DNA of 64,000 nt from Verrucomicrobiota bacterium (lineage in GTDB: Bacteria > Verrucomicrobiota > Verrucomicrobiia > Chthoniobacterales > UBA10450): the NCBI GenBank assembly GCA_003218395.1, contig QHNJ01000163.1, positions 1,676 to 65,675 of the forward strand, read 5' to 3'. The notes beneath the pieces were generated by a model. That model was not told where the DNA came from. It saw only the letters and a program-made list of their open reading frames with translations, and did no database searches. Below are positions 1-9,716 of this stretch, in pieces. A program made the position numbers and the translations under genes. Each line of letters begins with the position of its first letter. Position 1 is the stretch's first letter.

Positions 1-1257
1 CGCTGGCTTCCATTTTTCCATCTCATTCTCGCAGTTTGCGCGGCAGAAGCGCTGCAAACTTGGCGTGGTACGGGGCCGACTCTCCGATGGCCGGGGTCAT
101 TGACACCGGCTACAACAGCGCTCGCACTCGTTATCTTGATAGCCCTAACGATGTCCATCTTTCAAACGGGCGGCCCCTACGCTTTTCCGTTGACCTGGAT
201 TTTTCTCGGGCTCGCCGTGCTTTGGTATTTTTTGGAGCTTCTTTTACGCAATTCCGAACTTGGCGGATGGGTACCGGTAGCGATCACATTTCTGGCGTTT
301 CTTTCGACATATCTTTGCATCCCGCCGAACTGCGGTGTCCCGAAATACAATCTGTCGCAAGAACTGATTAGGTCGTCACCGCTTGATTCGCGCCGCCTTT
401 ATCTCAGTCTCTATCTATGGGCCGAGCAGACATATCGTACGGGAAAAAAACCGGAATCGGTCGGACAAATTGTGCGATTGGGGAGCACATCGATGTGGGG
501 ACAGCTTCGTTTCATCAACGGTTACAGCCCAATCCGGCCTGCGGGTGTAGCACGTAAATTCGGAACGACGGTTCACGGAGAGATTGATCCCGAAGTGGGA
601 AAGTATCTACTTCATGACCAAGCTGGCGAAGGAGGTGACTTGGCACGACTTGGTGTGGACGGGGTCGTTGTGGCGCGAGAATTGGATATCACGCCCCAGC
701 CGACCTCCGAATGGGAAGCGGTTCTTACAACTGATGAAGGACGAGTCTTTCATCGGCGCGGCGCTCCATTCGCGCGCGTGCGCTCGGTTGCGTCAATTCC
801 TTCACGGTCTAGCGAGCAATTTGCTTCCGCTACGATTTCACGAATCAATGATTTGCGAAATCGCGTCGAAGTAGATGTCGATGTTCCAAAGGCGCATCGG
901 CCGGCTTTGCTCACTTTTTCCAGGCCATACTTTCGCGGATACAAAGCAAAACTGGGCAATCAAAAACTCGCCGTCACGTCTTATCGCGGATTATTTCCTG
1001 TTGTCGAAGTCCCAGCCGGCGCGCATGGGCGGGTCATTCTCACCTATCGACCATATTGGCTGATTTGGGGAACCGGAGCAGCCATCGCGTCCGTTCTGGT
1101 GGTTGTGTTTAGCTTTTTCGCTGCGATTTCTCAGCGCAGGTTGGAGCGATCAATCATCGGCTTCCGTTCGGCAGGCTCAAGGCAAGCCGAGTCTCGCCCC
1201 ACCAGGAAATCAATCATAGTTTTTTTGGATCTTGCAGCAGCTCGATTACACGTTTGA
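1..1257 (+). CDS. YfhO-like polytopic membrane protein, C-terminal part (5' end lies outside the window)
   Basis: Frame 1 is open from nt 1, with no stop before the Met at 100. It has N-terminal TM segments, a large soluble region and a terminal TM helix (WLIWGTGAAIASVLVVVFSFF). The ...YFRGYKAKLGNQKL...VEVPAGAHGRVILTYRP region resembles YfhO-family C-termini, from recollection only. Confidence 0.4.
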   Translation, partial: RWLPFFHLILAVCAAEALQTWRGTGPTLRWPGSLTPATTALALVILIALTMSIFQTGGPYAFPLTWIFLGLAVLWYFLELLLRNSELGGWVPVAITFLAFLSTYLCIPPNCGVPKYNLSQELIRSSPLDSRRLYLSLYLWAEQTYRTGKKPESVGQIVRLGSTSMWGQLRFINGYSPIRPAGVARKFGTTVHGEIDPEVGKYLLHDQAGEGGDLARLGVDGVVVARELDITPQPTSEWEAVLTTDEGRVFHRRGAPFARVRSVASIPSRSSEQFASATISRINDLRNRVEVDVDVPKAHRPALLTFSRPYFRGYKAKLGNQKLAVTSYRGLFPVVEVPAGAHGRVILTYRPYWLIWGTGAAIASVLVVVFSFFAAISQRRLERSIIGFRSAGSRQAESRPTRKSIIVFLDLAAARLHV

Positions 1258-2425
1258 GCAAACGACCCGCGCCGCCGCCGTCGATGCTGCGATGATCGAA
1301 ACTTAACGTGATCTGCGCCTCGGTCTTGGGAACAAACTCTTTTTTATCTTCATCCCACGAAGGAACTTTCTTTCCCACGCCGAGGCCGAGCAACAATGTT
1401 TGATCGGGTAATGGAATTGGGGTGCCCCATTCCATTCCGAAGGTGCCGAAGTTTGAAACAGTCGCGATGCCGCCAAATTGCATGTCGGGCGAAATTCGTC
1501 GTTGCCGCGCAAGATCGACAAGTTCCTTGTATTTCGCCGTAAGATCGGCAAGAGACGTTTTGTCAGCGGAACGAATGACCGGCACCATAATTCCATCCTC
1601 GGCTTCGACGGCGATGCCCACGTCGATGGAGTTCGATTGTACAACGCGGCTGCCGATTAATTTTGCGGCTGCGCTTGGATTTTGGGCAAGGGCGAGAGCA
1701 AGCGCGCGCAAAGCGTAAAGCCCGGGGCCGGGCTTTGGATCGCGCGATTGTCGATCCCGTAATACCGGATCGAGATTCACTGACGAACCAATCGTTGAGA
1801 GCGGCCGCGTCCAACTCCGCCGCATCGCATCAGCGACGCCTGCCCGAATCGCGGAAGCTTCTTCCGTCTGCTGGTTCTCGATCTTATGCAGAAAATTCTC
1901 CAGATCTTTGATCGTGACGCGATTTCCCGCGCCGGTCGGAGGAATTCCGGCAAGATCAGCGTTGGTTAGCTGCAACTCCTCCATGCGCGCACGCACCCGC
2001 GGGGACAAAAATCCGGCGCCTTTTGCGACGGCAGGAACGGGCAGCCCGCCAGTGCGTCTTACGCCTTCACCATCCCTCTGGCGTGCTGCGATGGCAGCCT
2101 GTTCTTCGCGCCCGGGAATTTCCATTGACACAGTTCCCTTTGGAGGTTCCGGGACCGCTTTCTTGAATCTTGCTGCGTCTGCCTCGCTCGCTTCCACGTA
2201 GCCGAGCACCGCGCCGACTGGATACGTTTCCTTCAATTGCACAGTAATTTTGTCGATCTTGCCTTTGCACGGCGTGGTCACGCCCATGACGGCCTTGTTC
2301 GTTTCGACATCGAGAATTTCCTGATCGGCCACGACTTCGTCGCCGGCCTTCACTTTGATATCGACGATGGTGGCTTCGGCGATCGATTCGCCTAGCTGCG
2401 GCATGATGATCGGAACCTGCGCCAT
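1214..2425 (-). CDS. 2-oxoacid dehydrogenase complex E2 (dihydrolipoamide acyltransferase)
   Basis: N-terminal lipoyl domain (PQLGESIAEATIV...VETNKAV). E3-binding segment (FLSPRVRARMEEL). Catalytic C-terminus with DHRSIDGGGAGRLL. Confidence 0.9.
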   Translation of the reverse strand: MAQVPIIMPQLGESIAEATIVDIKVKAGDEVVADQEILDVETNKAVMGVTTPCKGKIDKITVQLKETYPVGAVLGYVEASEADAARFKKAVPEPPKGTVSMEIPGREEQAAIAARQRDGEGVRRTGGLPVPAVAKGAGFLSPRVRARMEELQLTNADLAGIPPTGAGNRVTIKDLENFLHKIENQQTEEASAIRAGVADAMRRSWTRPLSTIGSSVNLDPVLRDRQSRDPKPGPGLYALRALALALAQNPSAAAKLIGSRVVQSNSIDVGIAVEAEDGIMVPVIRSADKTSLADLTAKYKELVDLARQRRISPDMQFGGIATVSNFGTFGMEWGTPIPLPDQTLLLGLGVGKKVPSWDEDKKEFVPKTEAQITLSFDHRSIDGGGAGRLLKRVIELLQDPKKL

Positions 2426-2431
2426 AAATTC

Positions 2432-3400
2432 CTATTCTCGGAGGAGAGCCCGGGCCTTTCTCGCAATCTCTTTTGTGTTCGGGCGATGCGCTGACCAGAG
2501 ATTCGGATGATACGGGATGGGTGTATCTTTCGCGTTTAGGCGCTGCGGTGCCGCGTCTAGCAGATGAAAGCCTTCCGCTGTGACACGTGCGATAATCTCA
2601 GCCGTTGCGCTGCCCCACGGAAATGATTCTCCGACGCAAAGCAAGCGACCCGTGCGCGCAACTGACGCGAGAACAGTATTGGTATCAAGCGGCTTAACGG
2701 AACGAAGATCGACAACTTCAGTTTCAAAACCTTCGCTGGCCAATTGTTCCGCGACCGCGAGTGCTTCGTGCAGCATCGCGCTGTAGGTGGCAACGGTCAG
2801 GTCGCGCCCTTCCCGCGCGATGCGCGCTTTGCCTGTGGGCAAGCCTTCGGTCGGCAGTTTCTCTGCCTTAAGGTGATAATAGAGATATTTGTGTTCGCAG
2901 TATATGACCGGATCATCGATCGCCACCGCTTCAATGAGCATGGTGTAGGCGTCTTCTACGGTCGCCGGCGTCATTACGATGAGCCCCGGATAATGCGCGT
3001 AGATCGATTCCATCGACTGACTGTGAAACGGCCCGCTGCCTTTTGTGCCACCAGAGGGCAAACGTACCGTGATGGGAATTGGAACGTCCGTCCGCCAATA
3101 ATGCGTCCCGGCGTTGTTTAAGATTTGATTGAGCGCGGTGCTGGAAAAGTCGGCAAATTGCATTTCGACAATCGGCCGCATCCCATGCATCGCGGCCCCG
3201 ATTGCAGTCCCAACCATCGCGTCTTCGCTGATCGGCGTGTTCAACACGCGCCCGGGAAACTCTTTAGCGAGACCTTTCGTTGCTTTAAAGGCGCCACCAA
3301 ATGTTCCGCCGACATCCTGCCCGTAGATAAAAACGTCTTCGTTGTCGCGAAGCAATTTCGCCTGCGCCTCGCGGATCGCCTCCAGATACGTGATGCTCAT
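2432..3400 (-). CDS. 2-oxoacid dehydrogenase E1 component, beta subunit
   Basis: Transketolase-like pyrimidine-binding and C-terminal domains (DVFIYGQDVG..GGAFKATKGL, VEMQFADF, PSGGTKGSGPFHSQS). Translationally coupled to the E1 alpha gene. Confidence 0.9.
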   Translation of the reverse strand: MSITYLEAIREAQAKLLRDNEDVFIYGQDVGGTFGGAFKATKGLAKEFPGRVLNTPISEDAMVGTAIGAAMHGMRPIVEMQFADFSSTALNQILNNAGTHYWRTDVPIPITVRLPSGGTKGSGPFHSQSMESIYAHYPGLIVMTPATVEDAYTMLIEAVAIDDPVIYCEHKYLYYHLKAEKLPTEGLPTGKARIAREGRDLTVATYSAMLHEALAVAEQLASEGFETEVVDLRSVKPLDTNTVLASVARTGRLLCVGESFPWGSATAEIIARVTAEGFHLLDAAPQRLNAKDTPIPYHPNLWSAHRPNTKEIARKARALLRE

Positions 3401-4431
3401 TCCAGAGAATCAACAAGGCTGCGGGTAGAGATTGCGCACCAATCTTCTTTATCGCCTTCCGGTGGGGCCTCTTTCTGCGCTGTAGAAATTGCCTCGTCCA
3501 CCTGCGCGGCTGCATGTCGACGCCACCCCGCCAGTGTCTCCGAGTCGACCAATTTAAGATCGACAATCGTCTGCTCAGTGACTTTCAAACAATCGCGCGC
3601 AAACGGTTCACGTTTAATCTCGTCCGTTACGTAACTTGCATCGTCATGTTCGCCGTGACCGGACAGGCGCAGGACGGAAGCAACGACCAACTGCGGCGGA
3701 CGTCCTGCGCGCGCGCGTTTCACCGCGCTGCCGATCACATCGAGGCAGGCAGCGAGATCCGTTCCATCGAGACTGTAACCCTCAAATCCATATCCGATCG
3801 CGCGATCAACCAAATCATGACAGGCGAATTCGCGCTCGTTCGGTGTTGAGTAAGCGTAATGATTATTGGTCGCGACGACGACCAGCGGCACCTGCTCAAC
3901 AGCGGCAATGTTCATTCCTTCGTGAAACGAGCCCGTCTGCATTCCGCCTTCGCCGATGCAACTCAGGCCGATGAATCCCTTTTCGCCTCGGAATCGTTTC
4001 GCCATCAACGCGCCGACTGTCACGGAAATCATGGCCCCAAGATGACTGATCATTGCCAATTCGTTCTTGCGCGGATGGCCACGATGAATGTTGCCATCAC
4101 GCCCGCGCATTGGACCCTGGCGCGAACCAAGATAAGTGCGCGTTACGTCGATAAGTGGTTCGCCAAACGCGGCTCGGCCTGCCTGATCGCGAATCAATGG
4201 CGCGAAGATGTCGTTTTTTTGCAAAAACAAGCCGCACGCGACGCTGACCGCTTCCTGACCTTTGCCGATATAGACCCCGCCTGTAATCAAGCCGCCTCGG
4301 TATAGACTGACGAGCTTTTCTTCGAGCGTGCGTGCGAGCAGCATCCAGCGAAACGCTTCCAGAAACCGCTCATGCGGCAGCGCGGGCTTTTTGGTTTTTG
4401 ATTTTGCGGTGCGCTGCGCCGTCTGAAGCAT
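3397..4431 (-). CDS. 2-oxoacid dehydrogenase E1 component, alpha subunit (ThDP-dependent)
   Basis: ThDP-binding region (GEGGMQTGSFHEGMNIAAVEQVPLVVVATNNHYAYSTP). A 4-nt overlap with the beta subunit gene. Confidence 0.9.
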   Translation of the reverse strand: MLQTAQRTAKSKTKKPALPHERFLEAFRWMLLARTLEEKLVSLYRGGLITGGVYIGKGQEAVSVACGLFLQKNDIFAPLIRDQAGRAAFGEPLIDVTRTYLGSRQGPMRGRDGNIHRGHPRKNELAMISHLGAMISVTVGALMAKRFRGEKGFIGLSCIGEGGMQTGSFHEGMNIAAVEQVPLVVVATNNHYAYSTPNEREFACHDLVDRAIGYGFEGYSLDGTDLAACLDVIGSAVKRARAGRPPQLVVASVLRLSGHGEHDDASYVTDEIKREPFARDCLKVTEQTIVDLKLVDSETLAGWRRHAAAQVDEAISTAQKEAPPEGDKEDWCAISTRSLVDSLE

Positions 4432-4485
4432 CAGCCAATTTTACCCAAGATCGACAAATACGCGCAAAATTTTTTCTGAATCCTG

Positions 4486-4514
4486 CCAGAAAAGACCGCG
4501 CACAGTGCGCGAGC
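4486..4514 (-). terminator. candidate intrinsic terminator downstream of smc
   Basis: Palindrome CGCGCAC-A-GTGCGCG, followed on the minus strand by a T-rich run (gtcttttctgg), immediately after the smc stop. Confidence 0.35.
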
Positions 4515-4518
4515 TATC

Positions 4519-7500
4519 TTACCGCGCGGCGAAGCTCCGCTTTGCCCCTGAGCCTTCGAGCGATAAATGACGCTGACTCGGCGTCTGTTCTTCTCCGTTC
4601 GACGCCACCTCGGTTGGGACCTGCCGCGGAGCGGTTAATTTCATTCCAACGAGCTTGCTCACTCCGCGCTCCTCCATTGTCACTCCGTAAAGCACGTCCG
4701 CTTTTGCAATCGTGCGTTTGTTGTGGGTCATGATAATGAACTGGCTCTGGTTTACGAATCGCTCCAACACCCGGATGAAGCAGTTGATGTTGCCTTCATC
4801 GAGTGGCGCATCCACTTCGTCGAGAATGCAGAACGGACTCGGTCGCACCATGTAAATCGCGAACAGCAACGCGACCGCCGTCATGGCGCGCTCGCCTCCG
4901 CTTAGCAACGAGACGCTTTGCAGTTGTTTGCCCGGCGGCTTGGCGCTGATCTCAATCCCGCAGTTCACCTGCGCGAAGGTCTCCGAGAACAATTTCCTTG
5001 TGGTCGAATTGATTTGCGCAATCACGTCGAACAACTCGCGCCGGGAGGCCGTTAGGTCGTTGTTTTGGTTTTCGAGAAAACGATAACGCTCTTCAAGCTC
5101 GTCGTACTCATGCACCGCATCCAGATTGACTGGGCCCATGTTATCGAGTTGGCGGGTAAGATCGGCAATTAGCTGTTGCACGTCCACCTGGGCAAGATCG
5201 ACATCTCGGTGTGCCGTGCTCTCCGAGCGCAATGTTCCATTCGACGCGGCTTCGCCGCCATTATCAGCATCGAGCGACCGAGCGCTCGATTCACCTTGAC
5301 GCCGTTTGAGTTGCACGCGCAAAGTCTTTTCGAACGCTGCTTGGTCCAGATTAAATGCGCCCAGGTCAATTTGATAACGGCGCGAGATATGTTCGGCGAG
5401 ATTATCGATTTGCAACTGCAACTGTGCCTGACGAACTTGCTGTTTTGAACGCAAATCGTGCAGCTCATTCACGGAGTTTCGGACTACGCGCAGGCTCGAC
5501 TCCATTTCGTTCATTGCGGATGAGCGTTCCGCCCGCTGATCGGCCAGTGAGGCAACGGCGGCCTCCAGTTCGGCGCGTTGGGCATTCTGTTTCTCGATAG
5601 CGGCTTCAGCGTCCTTCGATTCGCCCGCTTGCGCGGCCAATCGCTCTTCGAAATTCACGATCTCCGCCTGCCGAGCCGCGATTGTCTCAACGAGTTCAAC
5701 TTCCCGTGCGGTCATGGGCTTGCGCTGTGCGATAAGGTTTTCGTAACGCTGTCGCTCCGTAGCGAGCACAAGGCGTAGCCTGTTGACCTGCTCTGTCGCC
5801 TCGCCTTCACTCTTTGTTGCTTTCTCGTGCGCAGCCTGGATCTCGAGCTGCTGATTTTGCTGCGCTTCCAGAGCAGTGCGCTCTGAGGTCAATTCTTCTT
5901 CTAAGTTTGCGATCCGTTCGTCTGCAGTTTGGATTTGCTGCGCGAGGACTGTCTGCTCCGAGCGAAGTTGGTCAACCTTCTGTTCGCTCGCCTGCAATTC
6001 TCGTTCCAGGAAAAGAATCCTATTCTCCGAGCCCGACTGTTCCCGATCAGCAGACTCACATCGGCAGCGGGCTTCTTCAAATTCGCCCCTTGCTTTCTCC
6101 AATATTGCATTTGCTTCGTCGCGTTTTTGTAACAGCGCGTCCCGTTGTTTGCGGAGTTCGGAATAATCTGTGTTCAGAGCCGCCATCCGCGCTCTGCGTT
6201 CGAGCAACGAATCGGCAGACGCGTCCCGGCTGCCGCCAAAAACAATCCCCTCCGCTGAAATGAATTCCCCGGCGAGCGTCGCGGCGGCACAATCGTTTCC
6301 ATGTTTCTTGAAAGCCAAGGCTGCTTCGAGATCGCGAAAAATTACGATGTTGTGCAGCAACCGTGCCACCAATAACGCAAGAGAATCTGGCGCTTTCACC
6401 TTGTCGATAGCCCAGGCGAGGCCTTTTTTTGGGAGGACCGGTGAGTGCGCTTTCGGCGCGGAGCCACAGAGTTTCGGAAGGACAAGAGCAGCTTGTCCGA
6501 GTTTCTTTTCCTTCAATGCCGCAATGATTTCAAGCGCGAGCTGTGCATCTTTCAGAACAATCGCTTGCAGATTTCGACCCAGGGCGCCCTCGATCGCGGC
6601 GATATATTCTGAATCAACATCGAGATTTGAAACAAAGGCTCCGGCCAGCGCAGGCTGGATTCGCGACCGGTCATCAAGCCCTTTGAGGACGGCTTGTGAA
6701 CCTTGTGCGAGTCCTTCGCCTTCTTCGTTAAGCTGACGCAGAATTTCAAGGCGTGATGCTTTTTCCGTCAGTGCACGTTCGACTTCCGCCAGACTCTTTT
6801 CAGTGCCGGCCCGAAGTTGTTGATGCTGCCGCAAGGTTGTTTCGCTGGCCTGCGATTTTGTCTTTAGAAGATCGAGATTCTTTCGCGCGGTTTCTGCAGC
6901 AGCGTGCGCGGTGCTGATCTCTTTCTGAAGTTTGTCCCGAACTGCCTGTGCGTCCGAAATCGCGATCCCGAGAGTGCGCCGATTTTCCTCCGTGGTTTCG
7001 CGGCGAATCGCAAGTCCGGAGATTTCGTCTTCCAGTTCTCCGATTCGCTTCTCGTTTTTCGAGAGCGACAATTGCAGCGCTTCAAGTTTCGAATTGTGCT
7101 CGCTCTGCTCGCCGCGAAGGTGCGAAATTAAGTCAGTAACCTTTGCCAGTTCGGCTTCGTTGGTCTGGAGAAATTGGTCCGTTTTTTCAATCAGCGCGTT
7201 CGCGTCCTGTATTTCTTTTCCTTGCTGGGTGCGCTTTGCTTCGGCCGCGGCGATCTCTTTTCGGGAGCGCTTGATTAACTCTGCCAATTCTTCGGCGCGT
7301 TGCCGATTGAATTGGATTCGATTTTGATTCGTGCTGATTTCGCCTTGCAGACGTTGTAATTCGCTGCGGCCATCGGCAATCTGTGCATCAATGTCGTCCA
7401 GCGCGCGACGCTGCTCGGTGAGCTGATTTTCGCTGCTGTTGATCTTAGCGCGGCTCGTCTCTTCCGATTCGCCAAGCTGCTCAATCTCTGCGAGACAATG

Positions 7501-8226
7501 GGCAAGCTCAGCTTCACGCGAATCGAGCTGTTTGCGCGAATGATGGGTATCGAGTATGCGAAGCTCCGCGTGCAATGCCTGGTAGCGCCGCGCCTTGCCC
7601 GCCTGTCGCTGCAACGAGCCGATCTGGCGCTTTACTTCCTTGATAACGTCACCAATACGCAAAAGATTTGCCTCGATCGCTTCGAGCTTGCGCAGCGCGT
7701 CGCGTTTTTGCGTTTTATATTTTGTAATCCCGGCCGCTTCTTCAAAAACCGCGCGGCGATCTTCCGGACGCGAGCTTAAGATCATGTCGATCTTGCCCTG
7801 TTCCATCATCGAGTAAGCAGTCCGCGCGATGCCGGTGTCGGCAAAAAGATTTTGAATGTCGCGAAGCCGGCAGGGTGTTTTGTTAAGCAGGTATTCGGAA
7901 TTGCCGTCGCGATACACGCGGCGGGTTACCCGTACGTCGTGCCAGTCGACTGCCAGCTCCTTTGCGCAATCGGCGAAGGTGACAGAGACCTCCGCAAAGC
8001 CCACAGGCTTGCGCGCGTCGGTGCCGTTGAAAATAACGTCGGCCATCTCGTCGCCGCGAAGCGATTTGGCGGACTGTTCGCCCAAGACCCAGCGCACGGC
8101 GTCAAGCACATTCGATTTCCCGCAGCCGTTCGGCCCGACAATAGCGGTGATGCCTTCGTGAAAATCAAAAATCGTTTTATCGGCGAACGATTTGAAGCCG
8201 AGGAGCTCGAGCGATTGTAAGTGCAT
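4519..8226 (-). CDS. smc: chromosome segregation protein SMC (about 30 aa of the C-terminal head appear to be missing)
   Basis: Walker A (GPNGCGKSN), long coiled coils, hinge, signature motif LSGGERAMTAVALLFA and Walker B (PFCILDEVDAPLD). The LFGGG...A.L.L segment normally just before GIEI..PPGK is absent. Confidence 0.88.
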   Translation of the reverse strand: MHLQSLELLGFKSFADKTIFDFHEGITAIVGPNGCGKSNVLDAVRWVLGEQSAKSLRGDEMADVIFNGTDARKPVGFAEVSVTFADCAKELAVDWHDVRVTRRVYRDGNSEYLLNKTPCRLRDIQNLFADTGIARTAYSMMEQGKIDMILSSRPEDRRAVFEEAAGITKYKTQKRDALRKLEAIEANLLRIGDVIKEVKRQIGSLQRQAGKARRYQALHAELRILDTHHSRKQLDSREAELAHCLAEIEQLGESEETSRAKINSSENQLTEQRRALDDIDAQIADGRSELQRLQGEISTNQNRIQFNRQRAEELAELIKRSRKEIAAAEAKRTQQGKEIQDANALIEKTDQFLQTNEAELAKVTDLISHLRGEQSEHNSKLEALQLSLSKNEKRIGELEDEISGLAIRRETTEENRRTLGIAISDAQAVRDKLQKEISTAHAAAETARKNLDLLKTKSQASETTLRQHQQLRAGTEKSLAEVERALTEKASRLEILRQLNEEGEGLAQGSQAVLKGLDDRSRIQPALAGAFVSNLDVDSEYIAAIEGALGRNLQAIVLKDAQLALEIIAALKEKKLGQAALVLPKLCGSAPKAHSPVLPKKGLAWAIDKVKAPDSLALLVARLLHNIVIFRDLEAALAFKKHGNDCAAATLAGEFISAEGIVFGGSRDASADSLLERRARMAALNTDYSELRKQRDALLQKRDEANAILEKARGEFEEARCRCESADREQSGSENRILFLERELQASEQKVDQLRSEQTVLAQQIQTADERIANLEEELTSERTALEAQQNQQLEIQAAHEKATKSEGEATEQVNRLRLVLATERQRYENLIAQRKPMTAREVELVETIAARQAEIVNFEERLAAQAGESKDAEAAIEKQNAQRAELEAAVASLADQRAERSSAMNEMESSLRVVRNSVNELHDLRSKQQVRQAQLQLQIDNLAEHISRRYQIDLGAFNLDQAAFEKTLRVQLKRRQGESSARSLDADNGGEAASNGTLRSESTAHRDVDLAQVDVQQLIADLTRQLDNMGPVNLDAVHEYDELEERYRFLENQNNDLTASRRELFDVIAQINSTTRKLFSETFAQVNCGIEISAKPPGKQLQSVSLLSGGERAMTAVALLFAIYMVRPSPFCILDEVDAPLDEGNINCFIRVLERFVNQSQFIIMTHNKRTIAKADVLYGVTMEERGVSKLVGMKLTAPRQVPTEVASNGEEQTPSQRHLSLEGSGAKRSFAAR

Positions 8227-8470
8227 GTGCAGGCCGAAAGGTTCGACCTTGGCTGTTCAATATAGTGAGCTTTAGAGGCTTACAAGCGCAAAATCACACA
8301 ATTTGGAGGGTGCGGAGCTGCACCAGCTACAGGATATTGGGCTTTACGCGCCGCCCAACACTTCGGATTCTCTGGTACCGGATCGATTTATCGTGCGAAC
8401 AAGCTGCCACTGTCCGCGAAGTTCAACCGGCAGTCTTGCCTCGGACAACTGAATCACACAGGATGCGCCA

Positions 8471-9690
8471 ATGGCCAATGAAACGACGATGTCGATCGAA
8501 CAAGCGGAGCGCGTCGATCATCAGCTGGTCCGCGGCATCGGGATTCCAGCTCTCACCGCGAATATTGTCAGCTCCACAATCGGTGCGGGAATTTTCGTAA
8601 TTCCAGCGACAGTTGCCAGAGGACTAGGACCCGCCGCGCCACTCGCATTTGTCTGTTGTGCCGTTGCGATGGTGTTGTTCGTCACTTGTTTCGCGATCGC
8701 CGGCAGCCGCGTATCGTTGACCTCGCGAATTCAGTTGCCCTCGTCGTTCCATTCCTCGGCAGTCCCCTGATGCGCATTATCGTCATGCTCGCCGTTTATG
8801 GTTCGCTCGTACTAATCAACATCCGCGGCGTGCGCCAAGGCGCGGGTGCGGTGACCGTGATCACCGTGGCAAAGCTTCTGCCTCTGTTGCTGTTCGTTTG
8901 CGTAGGAATATTTTTCATTCACGCGCCGAATCTTTCTTGGATCGGTTGGCCCGGCAGCAAGTCGTTAGGTGACGCAGTGATTCTGCTGATTTTCGCCTTC
9001 GTAGGAATCGAGGTGGCGTTGATTCCGAGCGGCGAAGTGAAGAATCCGGCGCGCACCGTTCCGCGCTCGGCATATCTGGCGCTCGTCGTCACCACGGTCA
9101 TTTACATCCTGATCCAACTCGTAGCGCAGGGTACGCTCGGCGCCGATCTTGCGAATCATCCTGACGCACCTCTTGCCGAATCGGCGGCGACATTTCTCGG
9201 CAACTTAGGCCGCACGATTCTTCTGGCCGGAGCCACCATCTCCGCATTCGGATTTGTGACGAGCGACATTCTGAGTTCACCGCGAATGATCTTTGCTTTC
9301 GGCCGCGATGGCGCGTTGCCGCAGTTTTTCGCGCACGTTCATCCGCGCTATCGATCACCAGACGTCGCGATCATTACTTACGCGGTGTTGGCCTTTATGC
9401 TCTCGATCAGCGGCACCTTCGAACGGCTGGCGGTACTTTCGAACGTCGCCGTGTTGTTGATGTATCTGCTTTGCTGCGCCGGCTGCTGGGTCTTGGTGCA
9501 ACGCGATGTGCGCTCGGATGGTGAGCCCTTCAATTTCCCCGGAATGAAAATTGTGCCCGCGCTGGCGATTCTCGCGATCATCTGGATTCTAGCCCACGCC
9601 ACAGTTCGCGAATTTGTAGTGACTGGAATCGTGCTCGCGCTTGCTTCGATTGTGTATCTGATCCGCGGCCAACTTAGGCGGAAGTCGTAG
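8471..9690 (+). pseudogene. APC-family amino acid permease, split by an internal deletion plus frameshift near 8720-8730
   Basis: ORF 8471..8770 carries TM1-TM2 (SSTIGAGIFVIPA...AIAGSRVSLT). ORF 8656..9690, in frame +1, carries the remaining TMs. The GGxY...FG...GW segment expected between them is missing. Confidence 0.7.
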
Positions 9691-9716
9691 GCAAAAATCG
9701 AAAAGCCGATTAGCTT

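Noticed and set aside
8227-8470. A possible tRNA, riboswitch or ncRNA in the 240-nt smc/permease intergenic region.
   Set aside because: No cloverleaf (no GTTCRANYC T-loop) and no riboswitch core that I recognise. It is left unannotated.
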